Below are positions 9,541 through 18,734 of a stretch of DNA of 61,074 nt, piece after piece. Positions within the stretch are counted from its first letter, which is position 1. Each line of letters starts with the position of its first letter. Origin of the DNA: Actinomycetes bacterium (GTDB taxonomy: Bacteria > Actinomycetota > Acidimicrobiia > IMCC26256 > VFJJ01); assembly GCA_031362415.1 (NCBI GenBank), contig JANLSK010000149.1, positions 1 to 61,074 on the forward strand. Reading direction: 5' to 3'. The notes beneath the pieces are model-generated. The model was not told where the DNA came from. It ran no database searches and saw only the letters and a list, made by a program, of their open reading frames with translations. The translations under genes and the position numbers were made by a program.

Positions 9541-10650
9541 TCAGGCGGGCGGGGCGAGGACGCCGGGGGCCGGGAGGCCGAGCAGACCGGCCGTGAGATG
9601 CACGACGATGTTGTTCTCGAACGTGTCGACGTCGGGCTCGGCCATCCCGAACTTCACGAACATGGTGACGAGGCGGATCATCACCACCGAGAAGCGGAAG
9701 CCCGCGAACACCTTGAACCAGTGGAGATGATCGGCCTGCAGCCCGGTGAGCTCCTCCCAGCGGGCCACGATCGCCTCGTGCGACGGGAGTCCCGGTAACC
9801 GGTTTCCGCCGGCGCCGGCGGTGTGGAACTCGTCGAGGAACAGCCACCAGCCCAGGTCCATCTGGGGATCGCCGTGACAGACCATCTCCCAGTCGAGGAC
9901 GGCCGTCACCTGCCAGTTGTCGAAGAGCTGATTGCCGATACGCGAGTCGCCCCAACACAGACCGTCCCGCGCCTCGGTGGGGCGGTTGGCCAGCAGCCAC
10001 TTCCACACCGCTTCGACCGTGGGGTACGCCCGGCCCGACTCGACCTTGGCCCAGTCGTAGTACTCCTGGTAGTACGCGATCTGCTGGTCGAGCCCGCTCG
10101 CTCCCCGTGACGGCATCTCGACGATCGGGCCCAGCCCGAGCTCACGCCAGGGCGTGGTGTGGATCTTGGCCATGGCCTCGATGCCCGACCAGACCACCGA
10201 CGCCTGCTGCTCGGGAGTGGCGTCGAAGAGCCATCCCTCGTTCATGTACGGGGGCTGGTCGCCGGCGGCCCGGCCCGGCATCTTGCCCATCACGTAGAAC
10301 GGGGCGCCCAGCACCGACGTGTCGTCCTCGAACCAGAGCATCGGCGGAAGCGGTACAGCGGTGTGGGTGCCCAGGGTGCTCATGACGGCCCACTGTCGGT
10401 CGAACCACGACTCCATGAAGACCGTGTAGCCGGTGGGTTTGACCCGGACCACGAGGCCCTCGGAGCGGGGCACGCCATCGGCGTCGGTGTACGAAGCGTC
10501 GAAGATGATGGTCTCGTTGGAGAAGCCCGACGACGCCGGGCCGCCCAGCGGTCCGACGGTGAGGTCGGCCGCTTCGGGGCGTTTCGCTCGGAGCCAGCCC
10601 TCGAGGGCCACTCGGGTCTGCTCGGGATCGCGCTGCTCGGGGATGGGCAT
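9541..10650 (-). CDS. phosphotransferase family protein (APH/CHK-like kinase)
   Basis: VLDWEMVCHGDP matches the kinase-like D/H motif region of aminoglycoside phosphotransferase-fold enzymes. The start is probably at MPIPEQ. It is 9 bp from paralog A. Confidence 0.65.
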   Translation of the reverse strand: MPIPEQRDPEQTRVALEGWLRAKRPEAADLTVGPLGGPASSGFSNETIIFDASYTDADGVPRSEGLVVRVKPTGYTVFMESWFDRQWAVMSTLGTHTAVPLPPMLWFEDDTSVLGAPFYVMGKMPGRAAGDQPPYMNEGWLFDATPEQQASVVWSGIEAMAKIHTTPWRELGLGPIVEMPSRGASGLDQQIAYYQEYYDWAKVESGRAYPTVEAVWKWLLANRPTEARDGLCWGDSRIGNQLFDNWQVTAVLDWEMVCHGDPQMDLGWWLFLDEFHTAGAGGNRLPGLPSHEAIVARWEELTGLQADHLHWFKVFAGFRFSVVMIRLVTMFVKFGMAEPDVDTFENNIVVHLTAGLLGLPAPGVLAPPA

Positions 10651-10701
10651 GGGCGGGGAACCTACCGCTCCCGCTCGAACGCCGTCGACAACAGGCTGGC
10701 G

Positions 10702-11983
10702 CATGAGCGTCGACGAAACTCCGTCGAGAGACGCCTACCATCTCGGCACCATGGCCCCGAGCGACGACACCGTCCCCGAGAAAGCTCGCGACGACACCCC
10801 GCTGTCGGGGCGCCTCCGCCTGCGTCCGCCCGAGCCCATGCCCCGCTGGGTCCCCAAGGCCATCGTGGTGTTCTTCGCCATCTACGTGGGGGTGATCGCC
10901 GGCGGGATCCTGCTCGACAAGCTGCGCACCCTCATCATCATGGTGCTGGTCTCGCTCTTCCTCTCGTTCGCCATCGAGCCTGCTGTGAACGCGCTGGCCC
11001 GTCGAGGATGGCGACGGGGTGCCGCGACCGGCTTGATGTTCGTCATCGTCTTGGCCTTGATGGCGCTGTTCTTCTGGGCCATCGGCTCGTTGATCGCCGA
11101 CCAGGTGGCCAAGTTCGCCGACGAGGCCCCGGGCTACGTCGATGAGATCGTCACCTTCAGCAACGACCGCTTCAACACCGACCTCAACGCCGACGAGCTC
11201 CGAACCCAGCTCACCGACCCCGAAGGCCCGTTCCGGAGCTTCGCCGAGGGCCTGGCCGATGACGTCGTGGGCCTCAGCTTCACCGTGGTCAGCCTGTTGT
11301 TCCAGATGTTCACGGTGGGCCTGTTCACGTTCTATCTCGTGGCCGACGGCCCCCAGTTGCGCCGCACGATCTGCTCGATGCTGCCCGAGGCACGCCAGCG
11401 TGAGGTGCTGCGGGCCTGGGAGCTGGCCATCGACAAGACCGGCGGGTACATCTACTCCCGGGCCCTGCTGGCGCTGCTGTCGGGAATCGCGCACTGGATC
11501 TTCATGACTGCCGTCGACGTCCCGTTCGCCCTGGCGCTGGCCCTGTGGGTGGCCGTCATCTCGCAGTTCGTGCCGGTGGTCGGCACCTACATCGCCGGCG
11601 CGCTGCCCATCCTCATCGCGCTCCTGAACGAGCCGGTGACCGCGCTCTGGCTCGTGATCTTCGTGTTCGCCTACCAACAGGTCGAGAACTACCTCTTCGC
11701 TCCCCGGGTGACGGCGCACACCCTCGAGATCCATCCGGCGGTGGCGTTCGGCTCGGCCATCGCCGGAGCTGGCATCCTCGGACCGGTCGGCGCGGTGTTG
11801 GCGCTGCCGACCGCGGCGGTGCTGCAGGCGTTCATCTCCACCTACATCCGTCGCCACGACGTGGTCGAGACGCCACTGACCGAAGAGGTCCGCCGCCGAC
11901 GGAGGCAATGGTTGCGCCGCAGGACCGTCACCGTCGAGGAGTTCGAGGTGGAGCAACCCCCCGATCTCACGAGCTCGGCGTAA
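10702..11983 (+). CDS. AI-2E family transporter (PerM-like)
   Basis: Multi-TM protein with the typical AI-2E layout. The reading frame continues to 11983. Confidence 0.75.
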
Positions 11984-11992
11984 ACGGCTGGA

Positions 11993-12823
11993 TCAGTCGG
12001 GCTCACAGACGAAGTCGACGAGACGCTCGACCGCCCCCACGAGGTCGGGTTCGAGATCGGCATAGGTGCGCACCCGGGCCAGGAGCACCCGCCAGGCCCG
12101 CCCGGGCTCGGTGGGCAGCCCGAGGGCCTCGATCATGCCCTCCTTCCACGAGCGGTCACGTGGGATGTGCGGCCAGGCGTCGATGCCCAACACCTTGGGG
12201 CGGATGGCCTGCCACACGTCGACGTACGGCGTCCCGGTGACGAGCACGTGCGGATGGGCCACGGCGGCGGCGAGCCGGGCTTCCTTCGATCCGGGGACGA
12301 GATGGTCGACGAGGACGCCGAGGCGGGCATCGGGTCCAGGACCGAACTCGGCGACCACGTCGGCCAGGTGATCGATGCCATCGAGCCGCTCGACGACCAC
12401 ACCTTCCACCCGGAGGTCGTCTCCCCAGACCCGCTCCACGAGCTCGGCATCGTGGATGCCCTCGACGAGGATGCGGCTGGCGCGGGCGATCCGGGCTGCG
12501 GGCCGACCGGCCACGGCGATCGAGCCTGACGCCGTCCGCCGGGCCAGCGGATCGTCGTCGTGATGAGGGTCTGATACCGGGAGAACGAGCGACACCGGGC
12601 GACCGTCGACGGCGAAGGAGCCCCGCTCCCACGGGAACGTGCGCTCACGGGTCATGCGATCGGAGAGGGTGACCCCGGCGGGGTCGACCTTCACGATGGC
12701 CCCGCAGAATCCCGAGTCGCGATGTTCGACGACCAGCCCGAGCTGAGCATCGAGGTCGGGGTACTCGATCTTCTTCCGGCGGGGCTCGTTGAGGACGTCG
12801 TGTCCAGGCTTCCAGCGGGTCAC
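11993..12823 (-). CDS. DUF3097 family protein
   Basis: 276-aa actinobacterial conserved protein. It has no recognisable catalytic motif. Confidence 0.5.
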   Translation of the reverse strand: MTRWKPGHDVLNEPRRKKIEYPDLDAQLGLVVEHRDSGFCGAIVKVDPAGVTLSDRMTRERTFPWERGSFAVDGRPVSLVLPVSDPHHDDDPLARRTASGSIAVAGRPAARIARASRILVEGIHDAELVERVWGDDLRVEGVVVERLDGIDHLADVVAEFGPGPDARLGVLVDHLVPGSKEARLAAAVAHPHVLVTGTPYVDVWQAIRPKVLGIDAWPHIPRDRSWKEGMIEALGLPTEPGRAWRVLLARVRTYADLEPDLVGAVERLVDFVCEPD

Positions 12824-12827
12824 ACCG

Positions 12828-13604
12828 TCACGGTACCTGGACCACCACCGCGGTTCGTGGCACCCCGCCCGGTCCCGAGCGTGCGGTCTCGGTCCGGTCG
12901 TAGCGCCAGCCGGGTGTCTCGAACGACCGCAACCGCATGGCCAGGGAGCCGGGGGAGCTGAGCACGTGCCGGGCCAGGAGGCCCTTCACCGCCTTGGCGT
13001 CGTGACCGATGGCTGGGCCGGCGCGGGCACCGGACTCGAAGCGCACGCACCATCGGTGGGCGACGGGAATCCACGCCGCTGCGTGCTCGCCCGGCAACAG
13101 GTCGAGCACGTTGGCCTGGGCCAATGCCTCGTTGAGGACGGTCGTCAGCAGCGGCTTCCACCAACGGGCCAGCGCGCCCAGCTCGGGGAGGCGGGCACCC
13201 ATCTTGAGCCGGTAGTGGGGCACCGGGTCGCTGATCTCGATGAGCCCGAGCAGGCCCGAGACGACGAGCACGGAACCCTTGGGGCGCTTGATGGAGGCCG
13301 GGTCGAGGTGCTCCCAGACAACGCCCGTGTATCGCTGCGCCGCCGGGAGCGTCGCGCTGGCGACGAGCCCGAGATTGGCGGCCCGGGCCCGCTCGAGGTG
13401 ACGTCCGCCCACACCGAGCAGCCGGGCCGCGCTCTCGGTGTCGGCCATCGCCTTGGCCAGCGCCGTTGCCACGACCGCTCGGGCTTCGCCCAGGGCCGGG
13501 CCGAAGCGGCCGTCAGCCGGGTCCCAGCCCGGCCCGTCCCCACCATCGGCCTTGCCCTCCGACGGCGGGAGCAGGATCGTGACGGGGACTCGGGGAGAGG
13601 ACAC
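12828..13604 (-). CDS. yaaA: peroxide stress protein YaaA (UPF0246/DUF328)
   Basis: N-terminal ILLPPSEGK motif and ~258 aa length. It lies 4 bp downstream of the DUF3097 gene. Confidence 0.7.
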   Translation of the reverse strand: MSSPRVPVTILLPPSEGKADGGDGPGWDPADGRFGPALGEARAVVATALAKAMADTESAARLLGVGGRHLERARAANLGLVASATLPAAQRYTGVVWEHLDPASIKRPKGSVLVVSGLLGLIEISDPVPHYRLKMGARLPELGALARWWKPLLTTVLNEALAQANVLDLLPGEHAAAWIPVAHRWCVRFESGARAGPAIGHDAKAVKGLLARHVLSSPGSLAMRLRSFETPGWRYDRTETARSGPGGVPRTAVVVQVP

Positions 13605-13630
13605 GGCGGCGCAGAGTAGCGTCCGCCGAC

Positions 13631-14248
13631 GTGGAAACCGTTGTCCCGGCAGGAGACGAGCCCGAGCCTGCGTCCGAACCTGCTCCCGGTCGCGACGACT
13701 CCGTCACGCCGTGGCGGACGCTGACCTCGCGGCCCGTCTACGAGAACTCGTGGATCAGCGTTCGCGAGGACTCGGTGGCGCTGCCCGACGGACGCAGCAC
13801 GATCTACGGCGTGGTCACCGCGGGAGAGTGCGTCGGGATGCTGCCGTTCGTCGACGACAATCACGTTCTCCTGGTCCGCCAATACCGTTACGTGTTCGGC
13901 CATCCCACGTGGGAGATGCCCACGGGGGGTCTGCATGCGGGCGAGACCCGCGAGACAGCGGTCCAGCGAGAGCTGGCCGAGGAGGCGGGCTACCACGCCG
14001 AGCGTCTGCACTCGCTGGCATCGTTCCACACGTCCAAGAGCGTGATGTGGGAGATCGCCCACGTGTACGCCGTCGCCGGCCTCACCCCGGTCGAGGTGGC
14101 GCCCGACGACACCGAGTTCATCGTGCGCCGGCTGTTCAGCTTCGACGACGTCGTGAAGATGGTCGACGCGGGGGAGATCCTCGACTCGATGACGGTGGTC
14201 GCGGTGCTCCATGCGGCTCGCCGCCGGGCCGGCGGCTGGCGCGCCTGA
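13631..14248 (+). CDS. NUDIX hydrolase (ADP-ribose pyrophosphatase-like)
   Basis: Nudix box GGLHAGETRETAVQRELAEEAG. Confidence 0.8.
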   Translation: METVVPAGDEPEPASEPAPGRDDSVTPWRTLTSRPVYENSWISVREDSVALPDGRSTIYGVVTAGECVGMLPFVDDNHVLLVRQYRYVFGHPTWEMPTGGLHAGETRETAVQRELAEEAGYHAERLHSLASFHTSKSVMWEIAHVYAVAGLTPVEVAPDDTEFIVRRLFSFDDVVKMVDAGEILDSMTVVAVLHAARRRAGGWRA

Positions 14249-14289
14249 ATCCGGTGAACCCGCCGGGCCCGTCTCGGTAGGGTGAGCCC

Positions 14290-15537
14290 GTGGGAGTCCT
14301 GCGTCGCGATCGGCGTCTCCAGCGGTACCTCATGTGCGAGTCGATCTCGGCCATCGGCTCGTGGGCGACGCTCATCGCGCTCTGGGGCGCGGCCGGGTAC
14401 CGCTTCGACGCCGGAGCCGGCGGGGTCACGCTCATCGGGCTGGGCTGGTCGCTCCCCGCGTTCGTGCTCGGCCCGCTCGTGGGGGCGGTGATCGACCGGG
14501 TCGGGCCGCGCCGGGTGCTTGTTGTCGCCCAGGCCGTGGCGTTCGTCACGTCGCTGTCGATGACCCTGGCGGGAACCTTCGCCGCCTTGGTGGTGCTGGG
14601 CTTCGTGAACGGATGCTGCTCGGCGTTCGCCCATCCGGCGATGGCCGCGTTGCCGCCGCGGATCGTCGAACCCCGAGACCTGGCGTCGGTCAACGCCATG
14701 GTGCGGCTCACCCACAGCCTGGCCATCGTCGTCGGCCCCGCGCTCGGTGGCGCAGCCATCGCCACCGTGGGGGTCGACGGGGCGTTTCTCGTTGACGCGG
14801 CCACGTACCTCGTGGGTATCGTCGGCGTGGTGCAGCTCGGTCGGCGCGAGCGGCCGATGGTCGCGTCTTCGGGGTCTTCGGGGTCTTCGGGGCTCAGGCC
14901 ATCGATGTGGCGGGAGGCCGGCGATGGCCTGCGTCTGGCGCGCGGCAACGCCATGGTGCGGCGCCTGATCGGGCTGAACGCCGCGGTCGGGGTGCTCTAC
15001 GGCGCGGCGATCGTCCTCGAACCGCTCTACGTGCGCACGATCCTGCACCAGCCCGCGTCCACGTTCGCGTTGTTGCAGTCGGTCTTCGGCGTGACCTTGC
15101 TGGGTACGGGGATGCTCGTGGTCCGACACGCCGAGCGCCTGGCTCGGGTACGACACGTCGCCGTCTCGGTCATCGGTTCGGCTGCATTCGCCGCCGTGTA
15201 TCTCGGCTCGCGCTCGACCGTCGTCGCGTTCGTGGGCGTCGCCTGCTGGGGCGTGGTCACGGCGTTCATCGGAGCGCCCGTGGCCACCCTGTTGCAGCGG
15301 GCCACACCGGCCGAGTCCCATGGTCGGATCATGGCGCTCGATCGCTCGGTCGACGCCGCGATGAAGATGCTCGCCACCGTGGGCGCGGGGATCCTCAGCG
15401 GGGTTGCGGGAGTGAGGTTCGCGGCGATGGTGTTCGCCGGCATCGCCTTGGCTGCCGGGGCGGCCGGGCTCGCCCGAAACGTCGACGCAAGCCCCGGCGC
15501 GCCCGAACCCGCCGTTCGCGCCAGAATCACGACGTGA
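14290..15537 (+). CDS. MFS transporter
   Basis: 415 aa with about 12 predicted TM segments. It contains the MFS-type motif GPLVGAVIDRVGPRRVL. Confidence 0.8.
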   Translation: MGVLRRDRRLQRYLMCESISAIGSWATLIALWGAAGYRFDAGAGGVTLIGLGWSLPAFVLGPLVGAVIDRVGPRRVLVVAQAVAFVTSLSMTLAGTFAALVVLGFVNGCCSAFAHPAMAALPPRIVEPRDLASVNAMVRLTHSLAIVVGPALGGAAIATVGVDGAFLVDAATYLVGIVGVVQLGRRERPMVASSGSSGSSGLRPSMWREAGDGLRLARGNAMVRRLIGLNAAVGVLYGAAIVLEPLYVRTILHQPASTFALLQSVFGVTLLGTGMLVVRHAERLARVRHVAVSVIGSAAFAAVYLGSRSTVVAFVGVACWGVVTAFIGAPVATLLQRATPAESHGRIMALDRSVDAAMKMLATVGAGILSGVAGVRFAAMVFAGIALAAGAAGLARNVDASPGAPEPAVRARITT

Positions 15538-17201
15538 CCCAACGCGCGCGCCCCCGTTCCTTCGTGGCCGTTGCGCTCGCGGTGGTGCTCGCCATGATCG
15601 CCTCGGCGTGCGGTGACGACGACGATGCTGCTCTCGCAACGACCACGGGAGAAGCGGCCTCAGTGGCCGGGGCCACGGGCGCCGTCGAGGCGCTCGACGA
15701 CGTGTTCGGACCGACCGTGCTCACGGTTGCCGTCGGAGCCACCGTCACGTTCACGAACAACGGCCGCAACGAGCACGACGTGGTGCTCGCGGCCGCGGCG
15801 GAGGGTGTCGATGGCTTCGGCGTCGATCGGACGGCCTTTGCTCCCAAGGGCGGCACCTACAGCTACCGCTTCGCCAGCGCGGGGACGTTCGCCTACTACT
15901 GCTCGATCCACGGATCGTCGACGGCGGGGATGACCGGCACCGTGATCGTGGGCGACGCCGGAGCCGAATCGATCGCAGCCACCACCAGCGCGACGGACGC
16001 CACCGACACCACCGACACGACGGACGCCACCACCGGGGGCGTGGTGCGGGTTCCCGAGGACGCCGAGACGATCCAGGCCGCCGTCTCGAAAGCCGCCGAG
16101 GGCGATCTCATCCTCATCGCGCCGGGGGAGTACCACGAGAGCGTCACCGTCGAGACCCCTCACCTCACGATCAGGGGCCTCGACCGCAACGAGGTGGTGG
16201 TCGACGGCGACTTCGCGCTCGACAACGGCTTCAAGATCCTGGCCGACGGGGTGGCCGTCGAGAACCTGACCGTTCGCAACTTCACCGAGAACGGCGTGTT
16301 CTGGAACGGGGTCACCGGCTACCGGGCGTCGTACGTCACCGTGTACCGCAACGGCGACTACGGGATCTACGCGTTCGACAGCTATGACGGGCAGTTCGAG
16401 CACTCGCACGCCTCGGGCAGCCCCGACGCCGGCTTCTACATCGGCGGCTGCTATCCCTGCAACGCCGTGGTCACCGACGTGATCGCCGAGTACAACGGCC
16501 TGGGCTACAGCGGCACCAACGCTGGTGGGAAGGTGGTCATCGCCAACTCGGTGTGGCGCCACAATCGGGCGGGGATCGTTCCCAACTCGGGTGACTACGA
16601 GCCCAACCCGCCGGCTCGCGAGAACGTCATCGTGGGGAACCTGGTGTACGACAACGGCGATCCGACGGCACCGGCCATCGAGATCGCCGGGGTGGTCCAC
16701 GGCAACGGGATCCTCGTCGCCGGGGCCGTCGACATTCAGATCATCCGCAACCGGGTCATCGGGCACGAGTACTTCGGGATCACGCTCGTGCCCTATCTCG
16801 ACGAGAACACCTACCTGCCCCAGCGAAACATCGTGCGCGACAACGTGATCTCGGAGTCGGGCATCGCCGACCTGTCGATGGCGGCCAACCCCGACGCCGG
16901 GAACTGCTTTGCCGGCAACGACTTCTCGACGAGCCTGCCCCGCTTCATCGAGCGCGACGCACCGTGCGCCGGAGGCGAGGCGGTAGCCACCGAGTTCGAC
17001 GGTGCCATCGACTTCGCGGGAACGATCCTGGCGGCCCACCCGCCATCAACCGACTACAAGATTTCGCCCGTTCCGCCCGCCCAGGCCCAGATGCCCGGTG
17101 CGGCGACCGCCCCGGCCCGTCCCGCAACCGACGTTCCCGAGCCCATCGACATCAACGCCATCGATCTCCCCGCAGCACCCGACGACCGGGAACCCTCATG
17201 A
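15534..17201 (+). CDS. secreted lipoprotein with N-terminal cupredoxin domain and C-terminal right-handed parallel beta-helix domain
   Basis: GTG at 15534 overlaps the MFS stop (GTGA). The signal peptide ends VVLAMIASAC-GDDDD. A type-1 copper site is present: NEHDV ... YYCSIHGSSTAGM. Repeated beta-helix rungs follow (VENLTVRN, NSVWRHNRAGIV, NVIVGNLVYDNG, IQIIRNRVIGHEY). Confidence 0.7.
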   Translation: MTQRARPRSFVAVALAVVLAMIASACGDDDDAALATTTGEAASVAGATGAVEALDDVFGPTVLTVAVGATVTFTNNGRNEHDVVLAAAAEGVDGFGVDRTAFAPKGGTYSYRFASAGTFAYYCSIHGSSTAGMTGTVIVGDAGAESIAATTSATDATDTTDTTDATTGGVVRVPEDAETIQAAVSKAAEGDLILIAPGEYHESVTVETPHLTIRGLDRNEVVVDGDFALDNGFKILADGVAVENLTVRNFTENGVFWNGVTGYRASYVTVYRNGDYGIYAFDSYDGQFEHSHASGSPDAGFYIGGCYPCNAVVTDVIAEYNGLGYSGTNAGGKVVIANSVWRHNRAGIVPNSGDYEPNPPARENVIVGNLVYDNGDPTAPAIEIAGVVHGNGILVAGAVDIQIIRNRVIGHEYFGITLVPYLDENTYLPQRNIVRDNVISESGIADLSMAANPDAGNCFAGNDFSTSLPRFIERDAPCAGGEAVATEFDGAIDFAGTILAAHPPSTDYKISPVPPAQAQMPGAATAPARPATDVPEPIDINAIDLPAAPDDREPS

Positions 17202-17902
17202 TCGTCTCGATCACCACGCCGCTCACCGACGAGGAAGCCCGCGTGCTGGGATGCCTGGCCGAGAAGGCGGTCACCACGCCCGAGTACTACCCGCTCACGC
17301 TCAATGCCTGTACCAGTGCCTGCAACCAGGCGTCGAACCGCAACCCCGTGGTGGCCTACACCGAAGGAGAGGTGCAGAACGCCCTGTTGGCCTTACGGGA
17401 GAAGGGGTTGGCGCGAACGGTCAGCGCGCCCGGCAGCCGTGGGCCCAAGCAGAAGCATGTTCTCGAAGAGGCGCTGGCGCTCGATGCCGCGGGCGTCGCC
17501 GTCCTCGCCATCTTGTTGCTGCGGGGTCCGCAGACCGTGGGGGAGCTCAAGGGCCGAACCGAGCGCATGCACAGCTTCGGCGGGCTCGGCGCGGTCGAGG
17601 CGACCCTCGCCGATCTGGCTGAGCGCCGCGACCCCTTGGTGGTGCGTCTGCCCCGTCAGGTGGGCCAGAAGGAGGAGCGCTGGGTGCACCTCCTCTCGGG
17701 GATGCCCGACCTCGAGGCCCTGTCGGCGTCGGCTGCCGCGGCGGCCGACGCTGCACACGCCTGGAGCGGCGGGCCGAGCGTGCCGCGCCCGGCCCCGCGC
17801 GACGAGCGGATCTCGCAGCTGGAGGCCCAGCTGGCGGCGACCCGTGACGAGCTCGCCCGTCTGCGCGCCGAGTTCGACGAGTTCAAACGATCGTTTGATT
17901 GA
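17198..17902 (+). CDS. DUF480/YceH family protein (UPF0502)
   Basis: N-terminus LTDEEARVLGCLAEKAVTTPEYYPLTLNA. The C-terminal coiled coil reads ISQLEAQLAATRDELARLRAEF. The ATG overlaps the upstream stop (ATGA). Confidence 0.75.
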   Translation: MIVSITTPLTDEEARVLGCLAEKAVTTPEYYPLTLNACTSACNQASNRNPVVAYTEGEVQNALLALREKGLARTVSAPGSRGPKQKHVLEEALALDAAGVAVLAILLLRGPQTVGELKGRTERMHSFGGLGAVEATLADLAERRDPLVVRLPRQVGQKEERWVHLLSGMPDLEALSASAAAAADAAHAWSGGPSVPRPAPRDERISQLEAQLAATRDELARLRAEFDEFKRSFD

Positions 17903-17936
17903 TGACGCACGCCGGTTGGGCGGGCGTCGGGCGCAC

Positions 17937-18692
17937 GTGAGCGGGCACGGCGAGGCGCCGATCGAACCGTCCCCGACTCCCTGGGTCTTCCCGCCGGGTG
18001 ACGCCATCGCCGCGACCGACGGCGAGGTCGTTGGTGTGGGAGCCGACCTGGCCCCGGGGACGCTGCTCGCGGCGTACCGCAGTGGCCTCTTCCCCATGCG
18101 TACCAAGCGGAAAGGCCCGCTGGCCTGGTGGTCGCCCGACCCCCGAGGCCTGATCCCGCTCGACGGATTCCACTGGTCGCGCTCTCTACGGAGGTCGGCC
18201 CGGCGTTACCGGGTCACCGTCGACACCGAGTTCGTCGCGGTGATGGAGGGCTGTGCCGATCGTCGGCGGGAGCACGGCTGGATCGACCGCTCGTTCCTGG
18301 AGGCCTACACGGAGATGCACACCCTGGGTTGGGCGCATTCCGTGGAGGTGTGGACGGACGACGGTCGCCTCGCGGGCGGCACCTATGGCCTGGCGATCGG
18401 GGGACTCTTCGCCGCCGAGTCGATGTTCCGCAACCTCGACCTGGGACCGGCATCCACCGACGCCGGCAAGGTGGGCGTGGGTTGTCTGGTCGAGATGCTG
18501 CGCGATGGCGGGGCCACGGTGCTCGACGTGCAGTGGGCGACGCCGATGCTGTGCCAGCTGGGCGCCGTCGAGATCGCCCGTTCGGCCTATCTGGAGCGAC
18601 TCGGTGAAGCGCTGTCGCGGCCTCAGCTCCAGCTGCGACCGTCAACCTCAAGGAGCCGCTCAGGGCTCGGTGATCCTGACGCTGAGAGCTGA
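17937..18692 (+). CDS. aat: leucyl/phenylalanyl-tRNA--protein transferase
   Basis: LLAAYRSGLFPM...PLAWWSPDPRGLIPLDGFHWSRSLRR. The start is assigned at an in-frame GTG (17937) or TTG (17916) inside ORF 17304..18692. Confidence 0.75.
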   Translation: MSGHGEAPIEPSPTPWVFPPGDAIAATDGEVVGVGADLAPGTLLAAYRSGLFPMRTKRKGPLAWWSPDPRGLIPLDGFHWSRSLRRSARRYRVTVDTEFVAVMEGCADRRREHGWIDRSFLEAYTEMHTLGWAHSVEVWTDDGRLAGGTYGLAIGGLFAAESMFRNLDLGPASTDAGKVGVGCLVEMLRDGGATVLDVQWATPMLCQLGAVEIARSAYLERLGEALSRPQLQLRPSTSRSRSGLGDPDAES

Positions 18693-18734
18693 GAGCTGAG
18701 TGCCGGGTGCTGAGGGCTGAGGTGACGCGGGCGT

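Noticed and set aside
16964-17197. 5' part of ORF 16964..17902 (MRRRRGGSHRVRR...) as an N-terminal extension of the DUF480 gene
   Set aside because: It overlaps the 3' end of the cupredoxin/beta-helix gene in another frame. The Arg-rich translation is uninformative. The conserved DUF480 N-terminus starts at the ATG overlapping the upstream stop.
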